A DNA stretch of 63,999 nucleotides. Origin: Sporopachydermia quercuum (taxonomy: Eukaryota). Position 1 is the stretch's first letter, and each line of letters starts with the position of its first letter. The stretch covers positions 744,001 to 807,999 of the forward strand of contig BCGN01000006.1 in NCBI GenBank assembly GCA_001599295.1, written 5' to 3'. The notes beneath the pieces are model-generated. The model had not been told where the DNA came from. It made no database searches and was given only the letters and a program-made list of their open reading frames with translations. The translations under genes and the position numbers were made by a program. Below are positions 1-15,150 of the stretch, piece by piece.

Positions 1-691
1 AAGAGACAAAAAATTCTCTTTTTTTGTTGCCAAGTATCCCTGATACATTTGGTGAACAGTATTAAGCTGTTTCATAGCAATTTAATGTTTTTTCTCTTTC
101 TTAATGAGTATCTTATTTTCTTATCGTCCTGCATGCCTCACATACCAACGGTTTACGTATTCCCAATGGACAACATCTAGCATAATGCAAATCTTACAGA
201 TAGAAATGGCGAACATCCATTATATATTCACTTCTTGTTACTCGAATTTATTAAATAAAAGATTTAAGTCATGATTTCCATTCTTTGGTGTTCCAGAGAT
301 AAGCCGTAGCTGAATGCTTATCATCACGTGCGTGTTGGTTACCTAACTAGGCTGTTCCGGTCATTTAGTACTCACACACACTCCTCGTTTCTTTGGCAGT
401 TAGTTATCTTCGAGCACAAATGGACCACAGTTGTACTCCCACATAATCAAGGAACAAACAGAAGTATTAGACAGCTCATATCTATGTTATTAGATAAAAC
501 TGATTATCAGCGGAAATATAATGCCTAAAGGAAAAGCGTAGGNGTACACGGTAAAACAAGTAAGCGAGTTAAACTGGGCACGCAATCATCATTGTGTCTC
601 TGAAAGTCTAGGAATCTCATTGATACACCAGCAAACCAATCAGTATTGACATCAACAGTTTGGAAAAGAAGCAAACTGCTGGTGACAAATA

Positions 692-2755
692 ATGGAGACC
701 AAGATATCGGATCAAGTGAAGTATGCTCCTATTTTCTCTTATGCTACCGCACCATTTTTCTCAAAATTGTCATCGAAAAAACTAAATGAATTCAAACTGA
801 AATCTTCATTGATTCCTATTACCGGCAACTATAACTGCCCAATAACCAGCGACTCGAGTCCTTCTATCACTTTGGATGGCAATAGTTTTGAAAATGATCT
901 NGGTGTTGAGTTTTGGAGGGAAAATTTCAATCTACTCTCATTCTCGGGGTCTGTTTACGTAGTAAACACAATTGANGAATTCAAAGAATTCGACCGGTCA
1001 AAGTTAGTAGAAGAAGTGTTGAGATCAACACTAATCGACCCGTTAGAGAACAATATTAATGAGATTCTGAACGATCCTTCGAAGCTCAATATATTCCTTT
1101 TGCTTGTATTCTGTGATCTGAAGAAGTTCAAGTACTATTACTGGTTTGCGTTTCCTACGCTTGCTACTAAATGGACGTTGGAGGTGCTTCATAAATCAAC
1201 ATATAGTCTTGATATTCATGATGGCCCTCTGGCAAATACAATCCGACAATATTTGGTGGATATGACTAGTATTGATGTACGGCAGAAAGGTTTTTTTCTG
1301 ATACGTGAAAGTTTATTTGGTAATGAGAGAGGTGAATGGGAGGTATCTCCATTGAATGAATTCACTGATGACTACTGGAAGGAAGAAACACCAATAGTAG
1401 GATTCATTGATTCAAGCACTATTCCTAATGCGCCATCATGGCAACTGAGGAATTTCTTGACACTATTAGTATATTTGGGGATCCAATCAGTAAACATTGT
1501 ATGCTTCCGTGATGTAATTGATACGCAGCATGCTGGTGATCCCAAAACAATTGTTTTAGAGGCAAGATTGAATGAACCTGAAGATTCGTACAATACAGGG
1601 AATGGGCTAGGAAAGGTTATACAGGGATGGGAAAAAACACATGATGGAAAATTGAGACCCAAAGCAGTTGATCTAGGAAAGCTCCTTGATCCCATTCAGC
1701 AAGCCGAAGAAGCTTCAGAGCTGAATGTGAAACTAATGAAATGGAGAATGGCTCCTGAATTAAAGCTAGATGATATATTCTCCAGGAAGTGTCTCTTGTT
1801 AGGAGCAGGAACTTTGGGTTGTAATGTGGCCCGTAATCTTTTGGCTTGGGGTGTGAAACATATTACCTTTGTTGATAATGGAAATGTAAGTTTTTCTAAC
1901 CCTGTTCGTCAGTCATTATTTACCTTTGATGATAGTGTACATGGTGCACCCAAAGCTNAGGCTGCTGCTGAAATGTTGAAGAAGATTTTGCCTACTGTAA
2001 CGGCGAGAGGCTATCGAATCGCTGTCCCAATGGCAGGACATCCTATTCTGAATGAAGAGAGTGAAAAACCAAATTACGAACTACTAGAAAAGTTAATTGA
2101 CGAACACGATGTAATATTTCTTTTGATGGACTCAAGAGAGAGTCGGTGGCTACCAACAGTTATGGCGAATGTGAAATCAAAACTTGTTATTAATGCTGCT
2201 TTAGGCTTTGACAGCTATTTGGTTATGAGACATGGCTGTCTCAAGGTTAAAGAGCTAGATCTTGAAGTGAATACTAATTCATCCCCAGAGGACTTGTTTG
2301 AGACAAGATTGGGTTGTTATTTTTGTCAGGATATCGTTGCACCTACAAATTCCCAAANCAATAGGACCATAGATCAAATGTGTACAGTCACTAGGCCTGG
2401 ATTAGCAATGATCGCATCTGCATATGCTGTGGAACTATTTGCTACTATTATGCAACATCCTGAAAGACAGTTTGCATCTGCATCAAATGGTGATGATATA
2501 CTTACTGTTTTAGGGAATCCGAAGCACCAAATCAGAGGCTCCTTGCGTGACAATAGCATCAACAATGTCGTTACTCCTGCGTATTCTCATTGTTCNGCTT
2601 GCTCTCTTCAAGTTTTGAGAAGGTACAAGGAAGATGGTTGGGATTTTGTAAAAAGATCATTANGCAGTATGTCTTACATTGAGAATTTAAGCGGACTAGC
2701 AGAGTTACAGCAAGAAGTAGATGATATAGGCGATATGGCATGGATGTCCGACTAA
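692..2755 (+). CDS. ATG7: Autophagy E1-like activating enzyme Atg7 (687 aa)
   Basis: Atg7 N-terminal domain motif [14 protein letters not shown]; adenylation domain [14 protein letters not shown] and [18 protein letters not shown] zinc site; [10 protein letters not shown] with the catalytic Cys. Confidence 0.97.
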   Translation: METKISDQVKYAPIFSYATAPFFSKLSSKKLNEFKLKSSLIPITGNYNCPITSDSSPSITLDGNSFENDXGVEFWRENFNLLSFSGSVYVVNTIXEFKEFDRSKLVEEVLRSTLIDPLENNINEILNDPSKLNIFLLLVFCDLKKFKYYYWFAFPTLATKWTLEVLHKSTYSLDIHDGPLANTIRQYLVDMTSIDVRQKGFFLIRESLFGNERGEWEVSPLNEFTDDYWKEETPIVGFIDSSTIPNAPSWQLRNFLTLLVYLGIQSVNIVCFRDVIDTQHAGDPKTIVLEARLNEPEDSYNTGNGLGKVIQGWEKTHDGKLRPKAVDLGKLLDPIQQAEEASELNVKLMKWRMAPELKLDDIFSRKCLLLGAGTLGCNVARNLLAWGVKHITFVDNGNVSFSNPVRQSLFTFDDSVHGAPKAXAAAEMLKKILPTVTARGYRIAVPMAGHPILNEESEKPNYELLEKLIDEHDVIFLLMDSRESRWLPTVMANVKSKLVINAALGFDSYLVMRHGCLKVKELDLEVNTNSSPEDLFETRLGCYFCQDIVAPTNSQXNRTIDQMCTVTRPGLAMIASAYAVELFATIMQHPERQFASASNGDDILTVLGNPKHQIRGSLRDNSINNVVTPAYSHCXACSLQVLRRYKEDGWDFVKRSLXSMSYIENLSGLAELQQEVDDIGDMAWMSD

Positions 2756-3274
2756 TCAACTAAACTATCTTNATCCGTGGTGACAGCCAACGCTCTAATA
2801 TAAAGAAAAAGTCAGATATAAACAAATATTTAAATTATAACAAAGGTTTTTTTTATTTATTATCTTTTTTAGTATATTTTAAGCCAACTAAAGCTTTCCC
2901 ACAGTTACATAGNATCAATGCTATTGTAAATATCACGTGATATTTCTTGCCTTCTTAGAGTATCTTGTGTACCTCCATTTACATTCACTAGAAAACAGGG
3001 TAATATTGCCCGTTTCAGACACTCGAACATGATAAACATGAAGATGTGAAATTTACAAGATCATAACCACAAAGCAATCAATTTACTACCACAAAGCACA
3101 AAACGCACGTTCGTATTGAAGTAAGAGAAGACCTGCGCCATTGCCACATGTCNAACAGCTTAATGATCTGCATTGTTTTTGTAGCTGATTGGTAGCAGAT
3201 AAGACGAAATAACGGTACCTTTGCATTGGTTGTAGTGGAATCTATGTAGTTTGCGTGATCTGATATAAGAAACG

Positions 3275-5248
<1,974 letters not shown>

Positions 5249-5447
5249 TGAGTAATAATTAGTGATTTTCGAAATCTGTATCTTACGTGTATAATTATGA
5301 TTGATAATTGATTCCCAGCGTGGAGNATTATATCAATAATCTAAAAAGAAAGGAATAGAATAAACATTCCTTACTTACTACAATTAACCACAAGGAAACC
5401 GTATTATATCGTAGTATTTTATATTAACATTCATTCTATGAAATAAA

Positions 5448-6200
5448 TTATATTTCAGCAGGTACTTCGCGTTCTAATTTCTCCACAATTTCCGCCATTC
5501 TGTCATCATCGTAAATCTTGAAGCCATCTTCTTTTGTCACACTGGCTAGTTGAGCATTCTTAGAGTCTAATTTCTCTTCCATAACTTGCTTGAGAATCTT
5601 TAATGCCAACAATTCAGCTTCTTCTAACGTCAATGACTGATGATATTCATTCTGTAGTTCTGCTTGAGCACCTTCACTGCCACTACCAATAGCTTTAGCA
5701 TCATATCTATAAAATGTTCCGGACGGTTCTGCATGATACAACTGAGGTCCATCCTCATCAACACCAGCAATTAGTAATGCCACACCAAAAGGTCGTGACA
5801 TGATTCTTTCCTCACCTTGAGCACCTTCACCAAATCTTAATGCTAAATCACAGACTGATTGTGTGACTGCTTCAACTCCTATTGATTCATCATAGTATAA
5901 ATTATGATTCAGCGTTTCAACTCGGGCGTGATTAATCATTGTTCTAGCATCGGCTGTTAAACCACTCATCGCACAACCCACATGTCTATCGATCTCCACT
6001 ATTTTCTCAATCGATGATGATTCCAGAAGTGAGGATGTAACTCTCTTCTCCACGCCAAGGATAACACCTTGAGATGTTGCAATCCCAATGGCTGTTGATC
6101 CTAACTTAATGGCTTCCAATGAATATTCTACTTGGAATAATCTTCCTTCCGGAGAAAATGTACTGACACCCCTGTCATACTCGCTTCGAGTTAAAAACAT
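5448..6200 (-). CDS. PUP2: 20S proteasome subunit alpha-5 (250 aa)
   Basis: N-terminus [35 protein letters not shown] and [13 protein letters not shown] are characteristic of alpha-5. Confidence 0.98.
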   Translation of the reverse strand: MFLTRSEYDRGVSTFSPEGRLFQVEYSLEAIKLGSTAIGIATSQGVILGVEKRVTSSLLESSSIEKIVEIDRHVGCAMSGLTADARTMINHARVETLNHNLYYDESIGVEAVTQSVCDLALRFGEGAQGEERIMSRPFGVALLIAGVDEDGPQLYHAEPSGTFYRYDAKAIGSGSEGAQAELQNEYHQSLTLEEAELLALKILKQVMEEKLDSKNAQLASVTKEDGFKIYDDDRMAEIVEKLEREVPAEI

Positions 6201-7470
6201 AATTGCTGTTTGAACGATACTGGATTAGAATTGATAGTTGATGGATGATGAAGACTACACAAGTAGTAATCTTTGATGAGCTGTGTACTGATATCTGCTA
6301 TCTTCTGACACAACTAATTAAGACGTCCCTTCTGTTAATACAAACGGTGTCAGTTAGCTTCAATTGTAATAGAAATATATGGTATCGTTTTAATAGACTT
6401 CAAACTGAACTAAACTTCAATCATCCTCCATACTTGCTGAATAATTTATTGATATCCAAACACCAACCCATGAAGTTGCCCAGTTTGTGTGGCGATTAGT
6501 GTCCCATTCGANTGCTATTACTTAAGGGGGAGGATACACGAGAGAAGTAGCCTCCCAGCAGAATCTGGGTGTACCCATGGTACAATTGTTGACATAATCA
6601 AATGTACATGGATTATGATTATTTTAGCTTTCATTTTAAATGTATCACTTGCAGAAACTCGCAGAAACTCCTACCATTTTGAGTTTTGAGAAACAGGTCT
6701 AAGAAGAAAAATAAGACTCGGGAATGAAAAAAAAGTCCCATTAAGATGAAAAAGAAGTCTGTTTCTTTGAACCGATATTGATATTAAAGAAATAAATGCT
6801 ACGAGAACAAAATAGGAATAGCAAATACATGAATCAGAAACTGTTGATGAGCTCGAGATGGAGAATGTAAGAAAAGATAGATTTTGTTAATCACGTTGCG
6901 TTAAGAAGACATTCAAGTCCTATGATATATTCATCTATATTCATTTGGCTCTTTACATTCCTCTCCCTTGCTTTCTATCATTGCAGTCTAGCCGTGGCTA
7001 CTTACACACAGCAGATGAACTTGACTAAAAGGAGAACTCATATCTTCAAACGCTACAACTTATTATCATTATCTATATTCACCTATCCAAAACCTTTAAA
7101 TTTCCATAACTTCTTCGACGCTTTTCTTTCTCATTTCTGATCCTATTCGTTATCCTCATATTCCTAAAAATTTTCTCTCCTCCGGCTCTTCTCCATCACC
7201 GGTTCACTTTCTCTCCATTCACCTTCTTGAATAACGTTAAGCATTTCACTGCTCAACGTTGAACTTCACATTATCTTCCTAACTCTAAAATAAAGTTTTG
7301 CACATTATTTCAAACCCAATTTCCCATGCACCTAATCTTTCAATGCTTTTCACTATGTCCATTTTTCACATTTCTTTCTTTACTTCAAACAACAGTTGGT
7401 AAGTAGACAAATAGTTATATATTATCAATAGATCAACAGGTTCTGCTGATTGAATGCCGCTCATTGGTTG

Positions 7471-7499
7471 ACGAACTGAACGAACTGAACGAACTGAAC
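7471..7499 (+). repeat. 9-bp tandem repeat (ACGAACTGA)x3
   Basis: Seen directly, about 100-130 bp upstream of the ADE3 ATG. Confidence 0.85.
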
Positions 7500-7601
7500 A
7501 GTAGTTCCGAGGCTGATAGATTGTTAGTTTGCTTTGACCCTACCATATTGTAGTGGAGGATCATACCCAATAAAACAAAAGCAATAAACGAATCAAGCAA
7601 A

Positions 7602-10600
7602 ATGGTTGCCGAAATTATTGATGGGACTTCTATTGCCAAGTAAGTATTGAAATTAAATGATTTTCAGTGAGCATGACGCGAACATGGATACAATTACTTT
7701 TNTCATTCAAACCATTTTATAAATGTTTTATACTAACTTATCATAGGTCAATCCGCGTACACCTTCACGAAGAAATTCAAGAAATTCAAAGCAAAGATGC
7801 TTCTTTCAAACCAAATTTAGTTATCATTCAAGTGGGTTCAAGACCCGACTCTTCTACTTATGTTAGAATGAAGCTCAAGGCTGCTACTGAAGCCAATATT
7901 GAATGCAGTGCTAAAGCCTTACCTGAAGATGTCAGTGAGCATGAGGTATGTATTGAAATTTCAATTGTTTATATTATAAGTATTTTGTTATTCTGNAAGG
8001 TAAACTGATGGTTGTACAGGAGTTGTTGATGTTTATACTACCTCAGACAGCTTTATTATACATTTTGTTAGGTTCGCCAATACGAAAACTATGCTAGTAT
8101 AAATTCTACACTATCGGCATATTCACTAACACGAAATCTTTAGCTTTTGACTCAAATTGAAGCATTGAACGAAAACCCTGCTGTTCATGGCATTCTTGTC
8201 CAATTACCTTTACCCAGTCATATCAATGAAAGTAAGATCACTTCTGCTGTTGCATCAGAAAAAGACGTTGACGGATTTGGTCCTTACAATATTGGTGAAT
8301 TGGCTATGAAGAATGGTAAGCCAAATTTCATTCCTTGCACACCTAAAGGAATTATGACCTTACTGACTTCCAGCAACGTTGAAATCTCCGGAAAGCATGC
8401 AGTTATTCTTGGACGATCGGATATTGTAGGATCACCAGTTTCTCACTTGCTGAAAAATGCTGATGCTACTGTCACCGTCTTGCATTCCAAGTCTCAAAAC
8501 ATTCCTCAACATTTAGCAACTGCTGACATTGTTATTGCTGCTATCGGTAAACCAGGCTTTGTTAAAGGTGAATGGTTGAAACTAGATGCTGTTGTTATTG
8601 ACGTTGGTACCAACTATATCCCTGACGAAACCAAGAAAAGCGGACAAAGATTGGTTGGTGATGTTGACTTTGAATCAGCTGTTAAGGTAGCATCAAAGAT
8701 CACCCCTGTTCCTGGTGGAGTTGGCCCAATGACAGTTGCTACTTTGTTAGAAAACGTCGTTTTGTCTGCGAAGAGATTTAAGGAATCTCGTTCAAACACG
8801 CACATTGAACCATTACAATTAAATCTCCAAACCCCTGTACCATCAGATTTTGCTATCTCCAGAGCTCAAATACCTAAACATATCACTCAAGTCGCTAAGG
8901 AAATTGGCGTTTTGCCATCAGAATTAGAACCCTATGGAGCGTATAAAGCTAAGATCAAGCTTGATTTACTTGACAGATTGAACAACAGAAAGAATGGTAA
9001 ATATGTTTTGGTTACAGGTATTACCCCAACACCATTAGGGGAGGGTAAATCAACTACAACTGTTGGATTGACCCAAGCATTAGGTGCTCATTTAAATAAG
9101 ATTGTTTTTGCTAATGTTCGTCAACCAAGTATGGGTCCTACTTTTGGTATTAAAGGTGGTGCTGCTGGTGGTGGATACTCTCAGGTTATTCCAATGGATG
9201 AATTCAATATGCATTTAACTGGTGATATTCATGCGATTTCTATGGCTACCAATTTATTGGCCGCTGCTATCGATACAAGAATGTTTCATGAAAGTAGTCA
9301 AAAAGATGGTCCTTTATATAGAAGATTGGTTCCTACCAAGAAAGGAGTAAGAAAATTCTCTCCTGTTATGTTCAGAAGATTAAAGAAGTTAAGTATTGAT
9401 AAGACAGATCCTAATGAGCTTACTGAGGATGAAATTCATAGATTTGTTCGATTAGATATTGACCCTGACTCTATTACATGGAGACGTGTTGTTGATTGTA
9501 ACGATAGACACTTACGTGGCATTACAATTGGTGAAGCACCTACGGAAAAAGGCCATACTAGGAAAACTGGATTTGACATTTCTGTTGCTTCAGAATGTAT
9601 GGCAGTTTTGGCATTGTCGAACTCATTGGAAGACATGAGAGAAAGATTAGGACGTATGGTCGTTGCTGCTTCTCGAGAAGGGGAGCCAATCACTTGTGAC
9701 GATATTGGAGCTGGTGGAGCTTTGACTGCTTTGATGAAAGATGCCATCAAACCAAATATCATGCAAACTTTAGAAGGTACCCCGGTTTTCGTTCATGCTG
9801 GTCCTTTTGCTAATATTTCTATTGGTGCTAACTCTGTTTTGGCTGATAAAATGGCCCTTAAATTAGCTGGCACTGAACCAGGCGAAGCTGATGATAAAGT
9901 TGGTTATGTTGTCACTGAAGCAGGTTTCGATTTCACTATGGGTGGTGAAAGATTCTTCAATATTAAGTGCAGATCTTCCGGTTTGGTTCCTGATGTAGTT
10001 GTTATTGTTGCTACTGTTAGAGCTCTCAAATTACACGGTGGTGGCCCTGATGTTTCACCAGGTGTTCCTTTACCTGATGTTTACTTGAATGAAGATGTTG
10101 AGCTGTTAAGAAAAGGCTGTGCTAACTTGGGCAAACATATTAGCAACGCTAAACAATACGGCTTGCCAGTTGTTGTTGCTATCAATAAAATGTCTTCTGA
10201 TACCGATGCCGAACATGCTGTTATTAGAGAAGAAGCTATTAAGTATGGTGCTGAAGATGCTATTGTTTCTGATCATTGGGCTTTAGGTGGTAAAGGTGCC
10301 GTTAACTTAGCTAACGGTGTTATTGAAGCAGCTAATAAACAAAGCGATTTCCAATTTCTATATCCAACTGAAGGTAAAACCGTCGAAGAAAAGATTGAAA
10401 TTATTGCTCAAAAGATGTACGGTGCATCCAATGTTGAGTTCTCTGAAGTTGCTCAAAAGAAGATTGATCTCTACTCCAAACAAGGCTTTGATAAGTTACC
10501 AATTTGTATTGCAAAGACTCAATATTCTTTGTCTCACGATGCTTCCTTGAAAGGAGTTCCAACTGGATTTACTTTCCCTATCAGAGACGTAAGAGCATCT

Positions 10601-10723
10601 ATCGGTGCTGGATATTTATACGCTCTTGCTGCTGAGATTCAAACTATTCCTGGTTTACCAACACATTGTGGTTTTATGGATGTTGAAGTTAATGAAAAAG
10701 GTGAAATTGAAGGTTTATTCTGA
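7602..10723 (+). CDS. ADE3: Trifunctional C1-tetrahydrofolate synthase, cytosolic type (~938 aa, 3 exons)
   Basis: Exons 7602-7639, 7747-7945, 8144-10723. Intron 7640-7746 (GTAAGT..TACTAAC..TAG) and intron 7946-8143 (GTATGT..CACTAAC..TAG) join in frame to give [19 protein letters not shown].. Dehydrogenase/cyclohydrolase motifs ([22 protein letters not shown]) and FTHFS motifs ([23 protein letters not shown]). No mitochondrial presequence, so ADE3 rather than MIS1. Confidence 0.93.
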
Positions 10724-11701
10724 TTGAATTGAACTATGTGTGGATTCTGTTTGCATAGGAGTTTCATGAGCATCTTCTTCAACTGTGAGTGTTCATTACT
10801 GTATGTTACCTGCTAAGCTAACAATTACTTAAGATTATATGTATACAAAGTCTGACTATCTCCACCAAATAATGTCAACTCGAGTGCGTGCTTTCATTTT
10901 TAATTATCTATTGGGATTTTTTGGTATTTCTTTCTCTTCTTACTTGTAAAAACAATAATCATGAATCTATAATAAATACATAAATGCATTCAACTGTTAA
11001 GATAAATATGAAAATTCCCATACATCGAGTAAGGCAGAATACATTTAATGATTACGTCAGTTTATATAATTGAGTGTGATTTAACGTTACAGTTTGAAGT
11101 ACAAGCCAGGTTGAAAGCGTTATTTTCTGGTTACCTATCTTAAACCTTAACCCTGTCGCTACACAAACTCCCAACATTATAACTCAGAAATGATAATAAA
11201 CTTTATTTTCAGTGGTAGTTTTACTTAATCGGGAGTTATCTAACTACATTTATTACCAGTTTGTGTATTACCTAATCATTAAATTACTGTTCTACTCATT
11301 TCCACTTTTCCCTTATCCTCCAGTCTTACTACCTATTAGCTTGAGGGAATGGCATATTTATGCTGGTTCATGGAAGGCTTTTATGAGAATATCTAACTTT
11401 CAACTCAGTTTAATAAGATATTGAGGAATACTGAGTTTTTCATTCAAGTGAATCAACTTTAGCAAGTGTATTAGTTGCTGGCTTGTTAGCAGTGTCCTAT
11501 TCATAAAACGCACCGTTGATAGATCGATTCGCTCTCCACAAAAACCAAGTACTATGCAATCATATTGGTATAGACATATTATTGTTACTTATACTAATTA
11601 TATCCAAGCATTGTCAACTCTATAGTTTTACTTACAATCGACAATAGCAACATCCTTACGTTAACTGTCTGACTCAACAAAAGCGAATTCTTTAAAATAT
11701 T

Positions 11702-14700
11702 ATGGTCTCCAAGTTTGATTATTTGAAAGATCTCCAGCAAATACATTCACAGCTAGGAAATGATTCAGAACCTAATAACAGCAGCGGCAGCAGCAGTAGC
11801 AGCAATAGTAGTAGTAATAATAACAACTCAAGTGCTATGAAGGACCCATCAAACGCTTCGAACAGTAAAAATGTATCGCAATTCATCCGGTCACCAGGAA
11901 TAGACAACTATGTTAGTAAATTGCTAACTAATCTCAATCACTCTGTTCCAGGATCCCCAGGGAAATCTCCTATCCGGCCATTTAATACTAATAGCAATTT
12001 TAATTCTGCTACTCCGAGAACAAAGAATGCAACGGCTATATCCGGAAACTCGCCAGTATTAACTGGAAGCTTCTATTCTCAGATGCCTTCACCGTTTCCA
12101 CCGTCACCGCATTTCCAAGGACTACCTTTATCTCCATCAGAAATGTATAAATCTCCAGGTCCTTACGTCCTCAGTCATATACCTTCTCCAGGTTTAATTC
12201 CTGTACCAGTAACTGTCCCGGGAACTGAAAGCCCTGCCAATCATATATCAGTTTCTATTTCAGGTTCTGTTCCGGCTCCAGCGCTGAATACCCTACAATC
12301 AATTCCTCCGCAACCACTAGCATCAAACCTCCCATCCACTGTTTCTACTACGGCTCCTACCAGTGCTCCCGGAAGTCCGGATTCTTCTGCTAAGCAAGGA
12401 AAACCCAAACGGTCTCGATATGGTTGTTTTACTTGCAGGAAACGCAAGAAAAGATGTTCCGAGACTAAGCCTACTTGTGACGCATGCAAACGACTGGGAT
12501 TGCCTTGTGAATGGCCTGCTCCTGGCCAAGAACACCGTAATAAGAAAAGGAAAAACGAAGCAGAAGCTGATGAAGAAATCGTTGATTTTCTCAAGAAAAG
12601 GCATAATAAAAGTCAGAAGTTAGGTGAGGTTAAGCTGGACATTGTTGTGAAGAAAGCTGTCAGTACTGGTGCTAATAATGATGGTAAAAATGGAAAATGT
12701 GAGAAGATTGGTGATAGCAGTAAGAATCCTAGCAATAAAGGCAGATCTGATACTGAGAGTAAGGTTAATATCAATAGTAATGATGATAGTTATAGCAATA
12801 GACAGAATCGCAACAGCAAGAACGCTAATAAGAAGGCAAGTCAATTTATGGTTCAATCGTTTTCTACTGTCGATGATCAAAACGACGTTTTAGACACGTC
12901 TCAAAAACTTGACCCTAGTAATCAATATCATCATGAGCTCCAGCAAAGGCAAAAGCTAAAGCTGAAACAAAAGCAGAAGCAGAGTCATAAACATTATGAG
13001 AATCAAACAACAACACATCCAACTATCTCTACACCCGCATCACCAATTATGTCTATTTCTGCACTTCTTGATCCTGAGCCTATGCCGTTATCCAATACAC
13101 ACCATCATGGTCATAGCCATAGCCATAATCATAATCCTGATGATCATCGTCATCACTATAGTCATAGTCATGTTCAGAGCTCGATAATGACTCGTCCTTT
13201 TTCTGAACCAATTATTCAAACGAACAAACATGACCAAGAGCAGAATTCATTGCTTTCTTCCATAAACCATAAGGCTTCCACAAACCACATGACAAAGTCT
13301 CATTCAATAGCTACAATAAGTTCGGCTGCATCTGCTTCAACAACAGGTTCAGGAACATCAAATTCTAGTACCAGCACTGGTCGATCAACATCATTTGTCC
13401 CTGATTTCCCATCAGAGCTTGCTCCTTTTGGTGAAGAGGAAAACGAAGAATACTCAAGATTAATGTCTATTCTATTCAGAGACTTGAGAAATACTTCTAC
13501 TGATATTGACTCATTTCTTGCAAAGACAACCGGTCCTTTACTAAACAGCCCCGTACAAGAATTGTCAACAGGAATCAAATCTCCTTCTGCATTTATTGAG
13601 CTACTGGATGAGGAGACTGATTTGGAAAACCCTGACGCTGCAATTCAAGCAATCCAATCTCTACAACATTCAAATCAAGCAAATTCCAATTCGAAGATTA
13701 TTGGTACATTAAGATCCTTTGGAGTTGGTACTAGTTTCAATATCTCGAGATTCGTTCAATTCCTAAAATCAAGAATCGAATTTCAAAAATCACAGGAAGC
13801 AGGCATTTATGAACCAAATGAACCAGGATTTTATAGTCCTGGAGGATCAAATTATTATCATCTATATGCAAATGTTGGCAATGTGTTTAATGTACCTTTG
13901 GACAGTAATCTGGCATTCTTATTAGATCACTATAAGAATAGGCTCGTGTATGACATTTCAGTAACACCGGAAGGTAAAAACACGTTTATTGATACAGTTT
14001 TCCCAATGGCAGCCGACAACCCCATGGTTCTTTATTCAGTGCTTTCAGTATCGTCACATTGGGCTGGTCCTAAATTTCATTCGGTATCTAAGAACTATAG
14101 CGATGAAGCATTGAGATTAGTTAAACAGAATCTATCATCAAGTAATATTTCATATGCAGCATTAGCGACAATCTTATTGCTCATTACTAGATGCGTTCTT
14201 AGAGGTGATATTACTGGTTGGTATAGTATTCTTCAGATGGCGTCAGGAGTTATCCGATCAATGGGTAAGTTAGATGTCGGAATATCTGAAATGATGAAAA
14301 ACACTGGTTCTAGATGGTTGCTAAGGCTTTATGCTTATGTTGAATTGACATCTACAGCTACAATTCCGAACGGGTTAACTTTCAAACCAGGTTTTTATCA
14401 ACAGATATTTAATGACACCTCTGGTGATTTAGATCCTTTCTATGGTTGTTCTATGCCATTATTTGCTATATTCTCGAAGGCGTTTGCTATAACAGCAGAA
14501 ATGAAAAAACTTGGTTCAATTGAAGGTAATTATGATGAACTGAAAGAGCTGTTAGAAAGAACAAAACAAGTTGAATCAGAAATTGATACTTGCACACCTC
14601 ATCCATCGGTTTATAAATATTCTAGTGATGAGATGGAACTTCAATTGACATTGTTTGAAGCATTCCAATATACCTTACGTCTTTATATAAGACATAATAT

Positions 14701-15031
14701 ATATCATATGGTTCCAAGTTCCATTGAGATGGTTGTTATGGTTGATGAGTTCATTAAGTTACTCGATATTGTATTATGCAAAAGAATTGAATCTGCTTCA
14801 ATCTTCCCTTGTTTTATGGCTGGCATATGCTGTATGCCCAGCTATAGGTTATCGATGAAGAAGCGATTAGAATCTTTATTGGAAAGATACCCAGCACATA
14901 ATATAGATTCGACACTAGAATTGTTGGATTTAGTATGGCAATCGAATCCTAGTGGAGATTCATGGATTGATTTTTATGATGTTGTTCAACAGTCGAATCC
15001 TGACATGGATTATGTTCTATCTTTTGGTTAA
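11702..15031 (+). CDS. Zn(II)2Cys6 transcription factor with C-terminal fungal-specific TF domain (1109 aa)
   Basis: CFTCRKRKKRCSETKPTCDACKRLGLPC zinc cluster; His-rich and Ser-rich linkers; helical C-terminal region (DPFYGCS, FPCFMAG, LLDLVW..SWID) typical of Uga3/Lys14-like Fungal_trans_2 proteins. Exact ortholog not recognised. Confidence 0.9.
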   Translation: MVSKFDYLKDLQQIHSQLGNDSEPNNSSGSSSSSNSSSNNNNSSAMKDPSNASNSKNVSQFIRSPGIDNYVSKLLTNLNHSVPGSPGKSPIRPFNTNSNFNSATPRTKNATAISGNSPVLTGSFYSQMPSPFPPSPHFQGLPLSPSEMYKSPGPYVLSHIPSPGLIPVPVTVPGTESPANHISVSISGSVPAPALNTLQSIPPQPLASNLPSTVSTTAPTSAPGSPDSSAKQGKPKRSRYGCFTCRKRKKRCSETKPTCDACKRLGLPCEWPAPGQEHRNKKRKNEAEADEEIVDFLKKRHNKSQKLGEVKLDIVVKKAVSTGANNDGKNGKCEKIGDSSKNPSNKGRSDTESKVNINSNDDSYSNRQNRNSKNANKKASQFMVQSFSTVDDQNDVLDTSQKLDPSNQYHHELQQRQKLKLKQKQKQSHKHYENQTTTHPTISTPASPIMSISALLDPEPMPLSNTHHHGHSHSHNHNPDDHRHHYSHSHVQSSIMTRPFSEPIIQTNKHDQEQNSLLSSINHKASTNHMTKSHSIATISSAASASTTGSGTSNSSTSTGRSTSFVPDFPSELAPFGEEENEEYSRLMSILFRDLRNTSTDIDSFLAKTTGPLLNSPVQELSTGIKSPSAFIELLDEETDLENPDAAIQAIQSLQHSNQANSNSKIIGTLRSFGVGTSFNISRFVQFLKSRIEFQKSQEAGIYEPNEPGFYSPGGSNYYHLYANVGNVFNVPLDSNLAFLLDHYKNRLVYDISVTPEGKNTFIDTVFPMAADNPMVLYSVLSVSSHWAGPKFHSVSKNYSDEALRLVKQNLSSSNISYAALATILLLITRCVLRGDITGWYSILQMASGVIRSMGKLDVGISEMMKNTGSRWLLRLYAYVELTSTATIPNGLTFKPGFYQQIFNDTSGDLDPFYGCSMPLFAIFSKAFAITAEMKKLGSIEGNYDELKELLERTKQVESEIDTCTPHPSVYKYSSDEMELQLTLFEAFQYTLRLYIRHNIYHMVPSSIEMVVMVDEFIKLLDIVLCKRIESASIFPCFMAGICCMPSYRLSMKKRLESLLERYPAHNIDSTLELLDLVWQSNPSGDSWIDFYDVVQQSNPDMDYVLSFG

Positions 15032-15150
15032 AATGTATACATGGTAAATATATGGTAAATGATTATAATCTATTTCATTGTACATAGTAATATGATTATT
15101 ATGATTTACAACTATCATTATTCTCCATTTTCCTCTTACTCGTTTTCTAT

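Noticed and set aside
1..75. Minus-strand frame MKQLNTVHQMYQGYLATKKENFLSL running off the left edge
   Set aside because: Only 25 codons and no recognisable motif; needs the adjacent window.
521..658. MPKGKA* mini-ORF and possible 5' UTR intron (GTAAGC..TATTGAC..CAG) upstream of ATG7
   Set aside because: Signals are non-consensus and there is no reading-frame test to support them.
2931..2944. ATATCACGTGATAT palindrome and other TCACGTG sites (near 324, 24503, 30062) as centromere CDEI
   Set aside because: No CDEII/CDEIII arrangement follows; these look like ordinary Cbf1/bHLH promoter sites.
7343..7601. Possible upstream exon giving ADE3 a mitochondrial presequence (GTAAGT at 7399)
   Set aside because: The frames ending at this donor give only short peptides lacking presequence character, or have no ATG, and no canonical branch point precedes the candidate acceptor at 7553. 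At most a 5' UTR intron.
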